This document shows positions 34,920-43,802 of a stretch of DNA of 64,000 nucleotides, piece after piece. A model generated the notes under the pieces. That model saw only the letters and a program-made list of their open reading frames with translations. It was not told where the DNA came from and did no database searches. The stretch is from Escherichia phage HP3, in the sequence record NC_041919.1; one strand, 5' to 3'. Within the stretch, counting starts at the first letter, position 1. Each line of letters opens with the position of its first letter. Made by a program: the position numbers and the translations under genes.

Positions 34920-35383
34920 TTGTAAAATATATCAAGGGCGATATTGTCGCCCTTTTCGCTGAAGGTAAAAATATTGCGCATGGATGCAATTGTTTTCATA
35001 CTATGGGTTCAGGCGTAGCGGGTCAATTAACCAAAGCTTTCCCTAAAATTTTGGAAGCTGATAAATTACAGACTGAATGGGGTGATGTAACTAAACTCGG
35101 TTCTTACTCAGTCTATGAAAAATACTTTAGGACTCATAAAGCGTATTGCTTCAACCTTTATACTCAATTTCAACCAGGGCCAAATTTTGAGTATTCCGCT
35201 TTAATGAATTGTATGTTAGAATTAAATGAGTTTGGTGAAAATAAACTGATTAAACCTACAATCTATATGCCTAGGATTGGTGCAGGCATAGGTAAAGGGA
35301 ACTGGGATATTATTGAGGGGATTTTAGATACATATTCCTCTAAATTAGAAATTGTGATTGTTGATTGGGAACCGTTATTATGA
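34916..35383 (+). CDS. Macro-domain protein (ADP-ribose binding/processing)
   Basis: 155 aa; GDIVALFAEGKNIAHGCNCFHTMGSGVAGQL and C-terminal IGAGIGKGNW resemble macro-domain GDIT...NAAN...GGGV and glycine-rich loop motifs. Confidence 0.6.
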   Translation: MIVKYIKGDIVALFAEGKNIAHGCNCFHTMGSGVAGQLTKAFPKILEADKLQTEWGDVTKLGSYSVYEKYFRTHKAYCFNLYTQFQPGPNFEYSALMNCMLELNEFGENKLIKPTIYMPRIGAGIGKGNWDIIEGILDTYSSKLEIVIVDWEPLL

Positions 35384-35592
35384 ATATACATTATCCACAT
35401 CCATATGACCCAAAGAATAAGGCAGTAATTATTCGTCAATGGGAACGCATTTGCCGTACTAAATGTCCAATTAATAGTCCGCATGATGTAGATAAAGACT
35501 ACATTGGAACATTCGTTGAATATACCTTTATTGATAAGAAAGGTCGTAAACAGCATGTAGAAGAATACTGCTTAAAGGTTACATGGTTATGA
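35380..35592 (+). CDS. Hypothetical protein
   Basis: 70 aa; start overlaps the macro gene end. Confidence 0.4.
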   Translation: MNIHYPHPYDPKNKAVIIRQWERICRTKCPINSPHDVDKDYIGTFVEYTFIDKKGRKQHVEEYCLKVTWL

Positions 35593-35795
35593 GCCAAACT
35601 AGTATTCTTAAAAATGCCCATTGTGAAAAGTGTAAATGGCCAGTTGTTTTTGCTTTATGCAACGATGAAATGGCTTGTGATTTCGATTATTGGTGCTATT
35701 GTTCTAATAAAGGATGCATCAATCATAAAGGTGAAGGATTTTATTCGGGATTTTATCCTTATCCAGATTTCGTTAAAGAAGGTAAACCGAAATGA
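35583..35795 (+). CDS. Cys/His-rich small protein (zinc-binding candidate)
   Basis: 70 aa with HCEKCKW...CNDEMACDFDYWCYCSNKGCINH. Confidence 0.4.
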   Translation: MVMSQTSILKNAHCEKCKWPVVFALCNDEMACDFDYWCYCSNKGCINHKGEGFYSGFYPYPDFVKEGKPK

Positions 35796-35964
35796 ATAGT
35801 TTTGAGTTACAGTATGAAGTGTTACGTGAGCTTGATAATTTAATTGAACTCGCTGTCAATAAAGGTTTTGCCATTGGAATCGGTCAAAAAGATACTGGTC
35901 ATTTAACTATGGAAATATTTAAGCAAAAGCGAATTATTTTAAAACTCCTGGAAATTAATATATG
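35792..35964 (+). CDS. Hypothetical small protein
   Basis: 57 aa ORF (MNSFELQYEVLRELDNL...) with stop-start overlaps on both sides. Confidence 0.3.
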
Positions 35965-36147
35965 AGTCTGAGTAAAGAACAAAAAGATAAATTGTTTGAG
36001 CTTATCCATGAACTTCTAGATGAGCATACAGAAGCAAACACCTTTTATGATGAATACGGCCCGCTATCTCCCGAACAGCAAGAAGAATTTGCTGATCGGT
36101 TTGATAAGAAAGAAAACGAATTAATAGCTTATGTGAATATGCTTTAA
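35962..36147 (+). CDS. Hypothetical acidic small protein
   Basis: 61 aa. Confidence 0.4.
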   Translation: MSLSKEQKDKLFELIHELLDEHTEANTFYDEYGPLSPEQQEEFADRFDKKENELIAYVNML

Positions 36148-36156
36148 GAAGGTGAT

Positions 36157-36738
36157 ATGGCGAGTTTAATTTTTACTTACGCAGCAATGAATGCTGGAAA
36201 ATCTGCTTCTCTTTTGACTGCTGCACATAATTATAAAGAACGCGGAATGGGTGTATTAGTTCTTAAGCCTGCTATTGATACTCGCGATTCTGTCTGTGAA
36301 GTCGTTTCTCGCATTGGAATTAAGCAGGAAGCGAATATTATTACGGATGATATGGATATTTTTGAGTTCTATAAATGGGCTGAAGCACAAAAAGATATTC
36401 ATTGTGTATTTGTAGATGAAGCTCAGTTTTTAAAAACTGAACAGGTGCATCAATTAAGTCGAATTGTTGATACATATAATGTTCCTGTTATGGCTTATGG
36501 GCTAAGGACTGATTTCGCTGGAAAATTATTTGAAGGTTCTAAAGAACTTTTGGCGATTGCAGATAAACTTATTGAACTAAAGGCAGTTTGTCATTGTGGT
36601 AAAAAAGCTATTATGACAGCTCGATTAATGGAAGATGGAACACCAGTTAAAGAAGGTAATCAAATCTGTATTGGTGATGAAATTTATGTTTCTTTGTGTA
36701 GAAAACATTGGAATGAATTAACTAAAAAGCTCGGTTAG
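36157..36738 (+). CDS. tk: Thymidine kinase
   Basis: 193 aa; P-loop AAMNAGKSASL; C-terminal CHCGKKA...C zinc ribbon typical of TK1 family. Confidence 0.9.
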   Translation: MASLIFTYAAMNAGKSASLLTAAHNYKERGMGVLVLKPAIDTRDSVCEVVSRIGIKQEANIITDDMDIFEFYKWAEAQKDIHCVFVDEAQFLKTEQVHQLSRIVDTYNVPVMAYGLRTDFAGKLFEGSKELLAIADKLIELKAVCHCGKKAIMTARLMEDGTPVKEGNQICIGDEIYVSLCRKHWNELTKKLG

Positions 36739-36780
36739 TGCAAAAGTTATAAATAGGTTTATCTAACTAAAGGGGTATAT

Positions 36781-36993
36781 ATGCTACAATTAACTGAAAA
36801 GCAACTTCGCAATCTTACTGTTCTTCAATTAGATGAAATTCGTAGGGAAGTTGGAAATATCATTTCAGCTTTGCGTCGAGAAGTATCACTCAACCAATCT
36901 CCGGCAGACTATACTAGATTGCGAAATTTTGAAAAATACCTTGATAAAGTTAAGGCCGTGCATCGGCATAAAGTAAATACAGGACAAAAATGA
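36781..36993 (+). CDS. Hypothetical protein
   Basis: 70 aa between tk and rI. Confidence 0.45.
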
Positions 36994-37005
36994 TAGGAGG
37001 CCTTT

Positions 37006-37299
37006 ATGGCCTTAAAAGCAACGGCACTATTTGCCATGCTAGGATTAGCGTTTGCTTTATCTCCACCAATTGAAGCGAATGTCGATCCTCATTTTGATAA
37101 ATTTATGGAATCTGGTATTAGGCACGTTTATATGCTTTTTGAAAATAAAAGCGTAGAATCGTCTGAACAATTCTATAGTTTTATGAGAACGACCTATAAA
37201 AATGACCCGTGCTCTTCTGATTTTGAATGTATAGAGCGAGGCGCGGAGATGGCACAATCATACGCTAGAATTATGAACATTAAATTGGAGACTGAATGA
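37006..37299 (+). CDS. rI: Lysis inhibition regulator rI
   Basis: 97 aa; MALKATALFAMLGLAFALSPPIEA signal-anchor; matches recalled T4 RI. Confidence 0.85.
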   Translation: MALKATALFAMLGLAFALSPPIEANVDPHFDKFMESGIRHVYMLFENKSVESSEQFYSFMRTTYKNDPCSSDFECIERGAEMAQSYARIMNIKLETE

Positions 37300-37682
37300 A
37301 ATTCAGCGACTTTTCACAAAGTGGAAAACCTTCAAAGGCAGATGAATACTTAGGTTTATTAATGGCTGCACAAGCTTATTTTCATTCTGCGCATTTTGAA
37401 ACTAAAAGTTATGCTAGACACAAAGCATACGATTTTATTTTCTCTGAGTTGCCAGATTTGATTGATAAATTTGGTGAGCAATATTTGGGGTATTCTGGTA
37501 GAAAATACACGCCTTCTATTCCAGATGCCAGTAAACTTCCTACCGACACAATTAAAATGATTGATCGCATACTAGACCAATCTAACAGCATTTATAAAGA
37601 AATGCCTCCAGCCATTCAAAGCACGATAGATGATATTACTGGGATGTTTTACCAGAGTAAATATCTTCTTTCCCTCGAATAA
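37296..37682 (+). CDS. Hypothetical protein
   Basis: 128 aa; ATGA overlap with rI. Confidence 0.5.
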   Translation: MKFSDFSQSGKPSKADEYLGLLMAAQAYFHSAHFETKSYARHKAYDFIFSELPDLIDKFGEQYLGYSGRKYTPSIPDASKLPTDTIKMIDRILDQSNSIYKEMPPAIQSTIDDITGMFYQSKYLLSLE

Positions 37683-37686
37683 CATT

Positions 37687-37710
37687 AGTCTCCTTCGGGA
37701 GACTTTTTTC
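37687..37710 (+). terminator. Intrinsic terminator
   Basis: agtctccttcgggagact hairpin followed by tttttt. Confidence 0.6.
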
Positions 37711-37720
37711 ATTTTACCGG

Positions 37721-37749
37721 TTTACTTTCCATTTGAGCTGTGATACTAT
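37721..37749 (+). promoter_or_regulatory. Early promoter
   Basis: -35 tttact, 17 nt spacer, -10 tactat, conserved leader acaactatc. Confidence 0.55.
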
Positions 37750-37777
37750 ACAACTATCGGATAAAGAGGAGAACATC

Positions 37778-37966
37778 ATGAAAATTGAAGCACTTAATCA
37801 AGAAGGAAATATCTACGTCATCATTAATGGTGATTTTTTCGTCGACATGGATGAAGTTACTAGTGAAGAACTTGTAGAACTTCTTAAGAAACGTTATGAT
37901 ATGTGTGATGAAGCTGCAACTCATATGGCGTGTGCAATATTCTCTCTTTCATATGTGGTGGAATAA
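37778..37966 (+). CDS. Hypothetical small acidic protein
   Basis: 62 aa from ATG after SD aagaggag. Confidence 0.4.
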   Translation: MKIEALNQEGNIYVIINGDFFVDMDEVTSEELVELLKKRYDMCDEAATHMACAIFSLSYVVE

Positions 37967-38169
37967 TGACTAGAATTGAACAAGCAGATAAAATTAAAGA
38001 ATTGGTAGCTTTAATTCGCAAAGCAGATGAGGAACTTAGTGACTTTGCTTGGTTTTCGGCAGGCATTGCAAATAAAGGTATTGAAAAATTTGAAGCTAAA
38101 GTTGATAATGCTTTAGAAGCGTTAGATATGTTTCTTGATGAAATTATCGATCATAATACGAGAGTTTAA
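37966..38169 (+). CDS. Hypothetical small helical protein
   Basis: 67 aa; ATGA overlap. Confidence 0.4.
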   Translation: MTRIEQADKIKELVALIRKADEELSDFAWFSAGIANKGIEKFEAKVDNALEALDMFLDEIIDHNTRV

Positions 38170-38171
38170 TT

Positions 38172-38366
38172 ATGCTAACACGTGAACAGTTTGAAAAAAT
38201 CATTAAATTAGCACGTGATATTGAAATAGATTCATACCAATTAGCAGTTGAGCATTGTGAAGGATATTCATACGACGGTATAGAAGCAGCTAAAAAGGAT
38301 TTGGATAAATCCAAAGCTAAGTTAGTTCAATATCTTGAAATGATTAGGTGGAATAATGAAAACTGA
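38172..38366 (+). CDS. Hypothetical small helical protein
   Basis: 64 aa. Confidence 0.4.
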   Translation: MLTREQFEKIIKLARDIEIDSYQLAVEHCEGYSYDGIEAAKKDLDKSKAKLVQYLEMIRWNNEN

Positions 38367-38529
38367 AAAGCAGATGTTTTTAATGAAGCTAATTGAAGAA
38401 TATGCTAATGCAGTTTCTGACTATGAGTATTCTGCTCGGGAAAGAGGTACAGCTTTCGCAAAGGAAGAAATGAAAATCATGGTTGATGCTCACACAAAGC
38501 TTCAGAATTTTATTGAAAACGTCATTTAA
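38353..38529 (+). CDS. Hypothetical small protein
   Basis: 58 aa (MKTEKQMFLMKLIEEYANAV...). Confidence 0.35.
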   Translation: MMKTEKQMFLMKLIEEYANAVSDYEYSARERGTAFAKEEMKIMVDAHTKLQNFIENVI

Positions 38530-38532
38530 TGG

Positions 38533-38561
38533 TTTACAAGTTGACAAGATTATGATATAGT
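38533..38561 (+). promoter_or_regulatory. Early promoter inside a 13 bp-stem hairpin (PeSL-type)
   Basis: -35 tttaca, 17 nt spacer, -10 tatagt; perfect inverted repeat gttgacaagatta / taatcttgtcaac across 38541-38574. Confidence 0.6.
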
Positions 38562-38589
38562 AATCTTGTCAACTGCCAAGGAGAAGAGA

Positions 38590-38694
38590 ATGAAAGTTTT
38601 GTTTGTTGTGTATGTGATGATTCAATATAATTATCCAATGTTTACTTATAATCTGGTGAACAACATTATTGATATTATTCAAAGGAGTATGTAA
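38590..38694 (+). CDS. Possible 34 aa hydrophobic leader peptide
   Basis: MKVLFVVYVMIQYNYPMF... preceded by SD aaggagaag. Confidence 0.25.
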   Translation: MKVLFVVYVMIQYNYPMFTYNLVNNIIDIIQRSM

Positions 38695-38696
38695 TT

Positions 38697-39254
38697 GTGG
38701 GTGAGTCGAAGAGAATCAATATGAAACGATTAGTATTAGAAGTTAGTCCGCTTTTTGGTGAATTAGCTATAGAAAAAGTAAATAATATGTATCGTTTGAC
38801 ACAAGAAGACGATATGCTATATTTTACGCCTAGTGAAATCATTCATTTAACCCAAATTGAATATCCTTATACTGATAAAATAGTAAGCATCAATGATGAG
38901 CACAAAATTCATTTTTATTCTTCATGCCCAGGATTTAATATTAAAAGTGAGTCAATGTGTTTATCAGTTATCCATTGGGATAGCTTTATAGCTAAGATTA
39001 AATATTTTTATTATTCTAATGAAAGAAAACATAGTTTAAAATGGCTCAAAAATTGCAATGCTATTATTACTAACGCTTGCAATCAGAATGATGAAACTGT
39101 TTTAAACGTATCAAAATGCTATGAAGATGGTGATGTCTTAACTATTCGTCAAATTGATGATTTTCGATCGTATATTGTCACATTTACCAAAGACGAAGCT
39201 ATTGCGCTAAAGACTTATCTCGATTCTGTCATTCCAACTATGATTTCAAAGTGA
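38697..39254 (+). CDS. Hypothetical protein, paralog 1 of a pair
   Basis: 185 aa, GTG start after SD aaggag (alternative ATG at 38721); C-terminus KDEAIALKTYLDSVIPTMISK resembles the next ORF. Confidence 0.45.
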   Translation: MGESKRINMKRLVLEVSPLFGELAIEKVNNMYRLTQEDDMLYFTPSEIIHLTQIEYPYTDKIVSINDEHKIHFYSSCPGFNIKSESMCLSVIHWDSFIAKIKYFYYSNERKHSLKWLKNCNAIITNACNQNDETVLNVSKCYEDGDVLTIRQIDDFRSYIVTFTKDEAIALKTYLDSVIPTMISK

Positions 39255-39260
39255 GGAAAT

Positions 39261-39782
39261 ATGTTTATTTCAAGTGGAAGTGGTTTAATTCGTGTTGAAT
39301 TTAAAAATGACATCTTCCTTATTCAAGGAGATGATATTATTAAAATGAGTTATGATGAAATTAAGAAAATTTGTAATGCTCTTGAAAGTCATGGAAAAGT
39401 GAACGCTGTTATTGATATTGGTGATTTATGGGTGACACTTTATGAAGTATCCGAAGGATTTAATATTGAAGATGAAAACAACATCTTAGCTATTGATAAA
39501 AGAAGCGATTTGTTTGATGTGTTAAAAGTTTATGAACAGTCAAACGGTGGAAGAAAAGCTGTATTGATTTATCAAAAACCACATTCATGTGGAACTGCTT
39601 CAATCATTTCAGATATTGAAGATGAAACTGATACTTATATGTGTGTTTTAAAAGCTGGTGGTGACCGTCATCCGGATTTTATTTCTATTCGTCAAAACAA
39701 TGAAGAAATTTCATTATCAAAATCAGAAGCTGAAGCTATGATTAAGTATTTAACAACTGTTACACCTTCAATGAAAGGATAA
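39261..39782 (+). CDS. Hypothetical protein, paralog 2 of a pair
   Basis: 173 aa; C-terminus SKSEAEAMIKYLTTVTPSMKG; shared IRQ segment with the upstream ORF. Confidence 0.45.
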   Translation: MFISSGSGLIRVEFKNDIFLIQGDDIIKMSYDEIKKICNALESHGKVNAVIDIGDLWVTLYEVSEGFNIEDENNILAIDKRSDLFDVLKVYEQSNGGRKAVLIYQKPHSCGTASIISDIEDETDTYMCVLKAGGDRHPDFISIRQNNEEISLSKSEAEAMIKYLTTVTPSMKG

Positions 39783-39784
39783 TT

Positions 39785-40246
39785 ATGATTATTAATGAAA
39801 ACTCTTGGCACTATAAATTATTCAAATTGTTTAACGATGAATGGCAACGACCTAAGACGCTGTGCGCATACTTTTGGTCTATTGTTATCCCTACATTTTT
39901 CGTTTCTTTTTTCGGATGTACTATACTCGTAGGTCTAACTATCATCTGCGCAGAAATCATACAGAAATGGCTTATTTTTGGTAGTTTATGGACTCTTATT
40001 CCATCAGCATTTATACTTGCCATTTTGCTTGTTTTACTTATTGTCGGTTCATTTGTTATTCCTGCACAACTGCGTGAAAAATATAAAGATTATAAATGGA
40101 AAAAGGATTATGCTTTACACGTAGAAAATATTGATAGGGCGTATAAAGGTTTACCTCCTATTCAACCCAAGAAATCGATTATCGTTGAATTTTTAAAAGC
40201 TCGTAAAGCTAAAGTATGTCCTGTTATTGAATATAAGGCTGAATGA
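39785..40246 (+). CDS. Membrane protein
   Basis: 153 aa; two long hydrophobic segments then a basic tail. Confidence 0.45.
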   Translation: MIINENSWHYKLFKLFNDEWQRPKTLCAYFWSIVIPTFFVSFFGCTILVGLTIICAEIIQKWLIFGSLWTLIPSAFILAILLVLLIVGSFVIPAQLREKYKDYKWKKDYALHVENIDRAYKGLPPIQPKKSIIVEFLKARKAKVCPVIEYKAE

Positions 40247-41256
40247 TGAAAACAGTAATGAAAAGCTATTTTGGTAGTCATCTTTATGGAACTTCTACCC
40301 CAGAATCTGATGTAGATTTTAAAGAAATCTTTGTTCCTCCTGCTCGTGATATTCTTATCGGAAATGTTAAAGAGCACATGAGTAAAAACACTAACAACAC
40401 ATCATCTAAAAACACTAAAGATGATATTGACCATGAACTATACAGTCTTAAATATTTCTTTAAATTAGCAGCAGATGGTGAAACTGTAGCGTTAGATATG
40501 CTTCACACTCCACCTGAACTAGTGGTTAAATCTGATTTGCCTGATGTGTGGAAGTTTATTCAAGACAACCGTTCTCGTTTTTATACGACTAACATGAAAT
40601 CCTATTTAGGATATGTCCGTAAGCAAGCTTCTAAATACGGCGTTAAGGGTTCTCGTTTGGCTGCATTACGTGATGTATTGAAAGTAGTTAATCAAATCCC
40701 TGAGCAATGGGTTGATTACCAAGAAGATGGTTCTATTAAGCAGCGTCGTACTAAAGTTGAAGATATTAAGCATCGTCTTCCAGAAAACGAATTCTGTGAA
40801 TGGGTGTTCCATAATCATGAGAAAACAGGCCCACAGACGTTCTACACAGTGTTGGGTCGTAAATATCAGACAACGCTTTCTCTTATTGAGCTTAAGCAGT
40901 CACTGAACAAATTAGATGCTGAATACGGTGAACGTGCTCGTAAGGCCGAAGCCAATGAAGGTATTGACTGGAAAGCTATGAGTCATGCTTGCCGTGGTGG
41001 ACTCCAACTATTGGAAATTTACAAAACTGGTGACTTGGTTTATCCACTCCAAGATGCTCCATTTATTCTCGACGTGAAGTTGGGTAAACATCCATTTAAA
41101 ACGGTTCAAGAGTTTTTGGAAGATGTGGTCGATCAAGTAGAAGCAGCATCTACTGAAGCTTCTAAGAACGGTATGCAGCAAAAAGTAGACATGGGTTTTT
41201 GGGATGACTTCCTTGAGAGGGTTTATCTTGAAAACCACCGAAGTTATTATAAATGA
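40243..41256 (+). CDS. Pol-beta-superfamily nucleotidyltransferase-like protein
   Basis: 337 aa; N-terminal YFGSHLYGTSTPESDVDF fits the GS-x(9-13)-D-x-D nucleotidyltransferase signature. Confidence 0.5.
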   Translation: MMKTVMKSYFGSHLYGTSTPESDVDFKEIFVPPARDILIGNVKEHMSKNTNNTSSKNTKDDIDHELYSLKYFFKLAADGETVALDMLHTPPELVVKSDLPDVWKFIQDNRSRFYTTNMKSYLGYVRKQASKYGVKGSRLAALRDVLKVVNQIPEQWVDYQEDGSIKQRRTKVEDIKHRLPENEFCEWVFHNHEKTGPQTFYTVLGRKYQTTLSLIELKQSLNKLDAEYGERARKAEANEGIDWKAMSHACRGGLQLLEIYKTGDLVYPLQDAPFILDVKLGKHPFKTVQEFLEDVVDQVEAASTEASKNGMQQKVDMGFWDDFLERVYLENHRSYYK

Positions 41257-41258
41257 TA

Positions 41259-41285
41259 GGGAGCCTTCGGGCTCCCTTTTTTTAT
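41259..41285 (+). terminator. Intrinsic terminator
   Basis: gggagccttcgggctccc hairpin followed by a 9 nt T-run. Confidence 0.65.
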
Positions 41286-41308
41286 TTCAAAAATTTTTCA
41301 CAAAATTG

Positions 41309-41337
41309 TTTACAAGCATAAAGCTTTATGGTACTAT
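41309..41337 (+). promoter_or_regulatory. Early promoter
   Basis: ttcacaaaattgtttaca, -35 tttaca, 17 nt spacer, -10 tactat, leader acaactatcaact. Confidence 0.55.
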
Positions 41338-41370
41338 ACAACTATCAACTGATACGGATTTGGAGAATAA

Positions 41371-42340
41371 AATGAAAACTGTAACTATCAATAAGGGTAT
41401 CTACTTCGGTAAAGAAATCTCTGGAACTTTTGAGCTCTTAGGTGAATGGTTCCCAGATAATGCTCCGGTAGATGCACAAGGAGATGGTAAAGTTTTTGTT
41501 GAAATTGACGGTAAGCGTCGCGGTGTTTGGGTTTACAAATCAGACATTTCATATGATGGTGTAAAAGTTGAAGAAGTTAAAGAATCGTATGAAGATATGA
41601 AAACCCGCATTAATAAAAGATTTAATGTTATGGGAATGATGACGAATGGTATTATTAACGGAAACATTCGTTCATTAATTATCTCTGGTGCGGCGGGTAT
41701 TGGTAAAACGTATTCTTTAGATAAAGCTTTAAATAAAGCAAATGATATTGGATACATTGAATATAAAAGCATTAATGGTAAAATCTCTGGTATTGGTCTT
41801 TATGAGCAGCTTTGGAATAATCGTGAAGAGAATTCTGTACTTTTGATTGATGATGTGGATGTTTTCTCTGATATGGACATTCTTAATCTTCTGAAAGCTG
41901 CTCTGGACACCGGAGAGACCCGCAAAGTCTGCTGGAGCACTGCATCTTCTTACTTAGAAGAAAAAGGCATTGAGCGTGAGTTTGAATTTAAAGGAACGAT
42001 TGTTTTTATCACAAACGTTGACATTGACCGCGAATTAGACCGTGGTACTAAACTTGCTCCACATTTACAAGCATTAGTTTCCCGCTCGGTTTATTTAGAT
42101 TTGGGTGTTCACACTAATGAAGAAATTATGGTCAGGGTTGAAGATGTTATTCTTTCAACTGACATGATGCAAAAACGCGGTCTTTCTGATGAAGAAACTT
42201 ATAAAGCATTATCATGGATGAAAGTCAATGTTAATCGTTTACGCAATGTTTCACTGCGTACTGCACTTTATCTTGCTGACTTTATTATGACCGACAAAAA
42301 CGGTTGGGAAGAAATCGCTGAGGTTACTCTTCTGAAATAA
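41371..42340 (+). CDS. AAA+/P-loop ATPase
   Basis: 323 aa from ATG after SD ggagaa; Walker A GAAGIGKT, Walker B LLIDDVD, sensor-like FITN. Confidence 0.55.
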
Positions 42341-42441
42341 TTCATAAGAGGCCTTCTATGACAAAAAGGCAGTTCAGAAATAGATTATATGGACTGCCAT
42401 CAAAAAGATGATTAGAATTAAACTGGTAAATGGAGGTAGTG

Positions 42442-42744
42442 ATGTTATACTCAAAGGCTCGTGAAATTTACGAAACTAAAATTAAAGACGCGGTTCATCA
42501 GTTCGCAACGACAATGCGTTGGACAAATGACTGGGAATACTCCAAGAATCATAAGAAGCCCTTGGTGACAAGAAAGGCTCATATGTTAGTGTTAATAGAC
42601 CGTGAGCAGATTAAAGCCCGAGAAGCCCTCCAGAATCATAAAAAGGCTGCCTTTGAATGGTTTATGGATAACACTGCTCCTGAGACTAAGAAAGCGGTAA
42701 GCGCATGGTTCAGTGGAAAAAATTGTGAAAGAAGTTTCTTTTAG
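42442..42744 (+). CDS. Hypothetical protein
   Basis: 100 aa from ATG after SD ggagg; alternative upstream ATG at 42430. Confidence 0.4.
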   Translation: MLYSKAREIYETKIKDAVHQFATTMRWTNDWEYSKNHKKPLVTRKAHMLVLIDREQIKAREALQNHKKAAFEWFMDNTAPETKKAVSAWFSGKNCERSFF

Positions 42745-42747
42745 TGG

Positions 42748-42776
42748 TTTACAAGACTGTTCCTCTGTGGTACTAT
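42748..42776 (+). promoter_or_regulatory. Early promoter
   Basis: -35 tttaca, 17 nt spacer, -10 tactat, leader acaactatcaact. Confidence 0.55.
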
Positions 42777-42804
42777 ACAACTATCAACTACGGAGGAACA
42801 CAAA

Positions 42805-43332
42805 ATGAACGCTAAAGATATTTTCAACCTGGTAAATTACAACGATGGTAAATTTAAATCTGAAGCACAAAGCAAGTTCTTTAATGACATCTCAATCGGA
42901 GGTGAAATCACGGTTGACGGAGGACAAATTTACAAATCTCGTTGGAATTGGATCGTTATTATCGATGAGATTGGTATTGTAGAAATTTACAAGAATACGA
43001 ATAAAAATCGTACATTACACTGGTCTCGTGATACTAACGAACAGTACAAAAAGGATAAAGCATCTAAATTATCTCGTGTAACTCAAGAAGATATTGAGTT
43101 CATCAAGAAAGATATTTTGATGTATGATAACTTAATTGCTGAAGAGCAAGCTGTTATTGATAAATTTGATGAGATTAAAGCTTCTCGTGAAATTCCTGAT
43201 TTTATGAAAGAATCAGTAAATGAACGATACACTCTCATTTCAGAGCGTATTGAAACTTACAAAAAGCAAAGAGCTGAACGCCAAAATACTCTTCGGAAGT
43301 TTGAAGAACGGTTAAAGACGGTACTCGCATAA
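42805..43332 (+). CDS. Hypothetical protein with C-terminal coiled coil
   Basis: 175 aa. Confidence 0.45.
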   Translation: MNAKDIFNLVNYNDGKFKSEAQSKFFNDISIGGEITVDGGQIYKSRWNWIVIIDEIGIVEIYKNTNKNRTLHWSRDTNEQYKKDKASKLSRVTQEDIEFIKKDILMYDNLIAEEQAVIDKFDEIKASREIPDFMKESVNERYTLISERIETYKKQRAERQNTLRKFEERLKTVLA

Positions 43333-43387
43333 CCGCTTTATACCAAGGATGGTATAATGGTTCTAAGCCCTTTTAATTGAGATTATT

Positions 43388-43795
43388 ATGAAACAGTTGA
43401 TAATTAAAAGATTGAATTTATTGATATGTTGTTTATGTGTAGTAGTTGCATATGGTTATTACGCAATTAATGATTATATGCATTATAAAGATTATGATGT
43501 TACTGTAGTTAATACCTTTACAGGAACTCAAGGAAAGGGGTCTAGTTTATCGTTTATTGCTGTATATGAACTCAAAGACGGTTATAGATTTAGCGAATAT
43601 ATTTCACCAGAGATGTATTCATCAATAGAAAAAGGCGATAATATTACTGTAAGTTTACGTCCTTTCGACGTAAAACAGACATTGTTTGATAATATTGTTT
43701 GGTTCTTTGGAATGGTATTAGTTCAATCTGTGTGTGGTGCTTATATAGTCTGTTCCATCTTATTCTGTATATTTAGTAAAATTGAAATTGAGTGA
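43388..43795 (+). CDS. Membrane protein
   Basis: 135 aa; N-terminal and C-terminal hydrophobic helices. Confidence 0.45.
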   Translation: MKQLIIKRLNLLICCLCVVVAYGYYAINDYMHYKDYDVTVVNTFTGTQGKGSSLSFIAVYELKDGYRFSEYISPEMYSSIEKGDNITVSLRPFDVKQTLFDNIVWFFGMVLVQSVCGAYIVCSILFCIFSKIEIE

Positions 43796-43802
43796 GGAAA
43801 AT

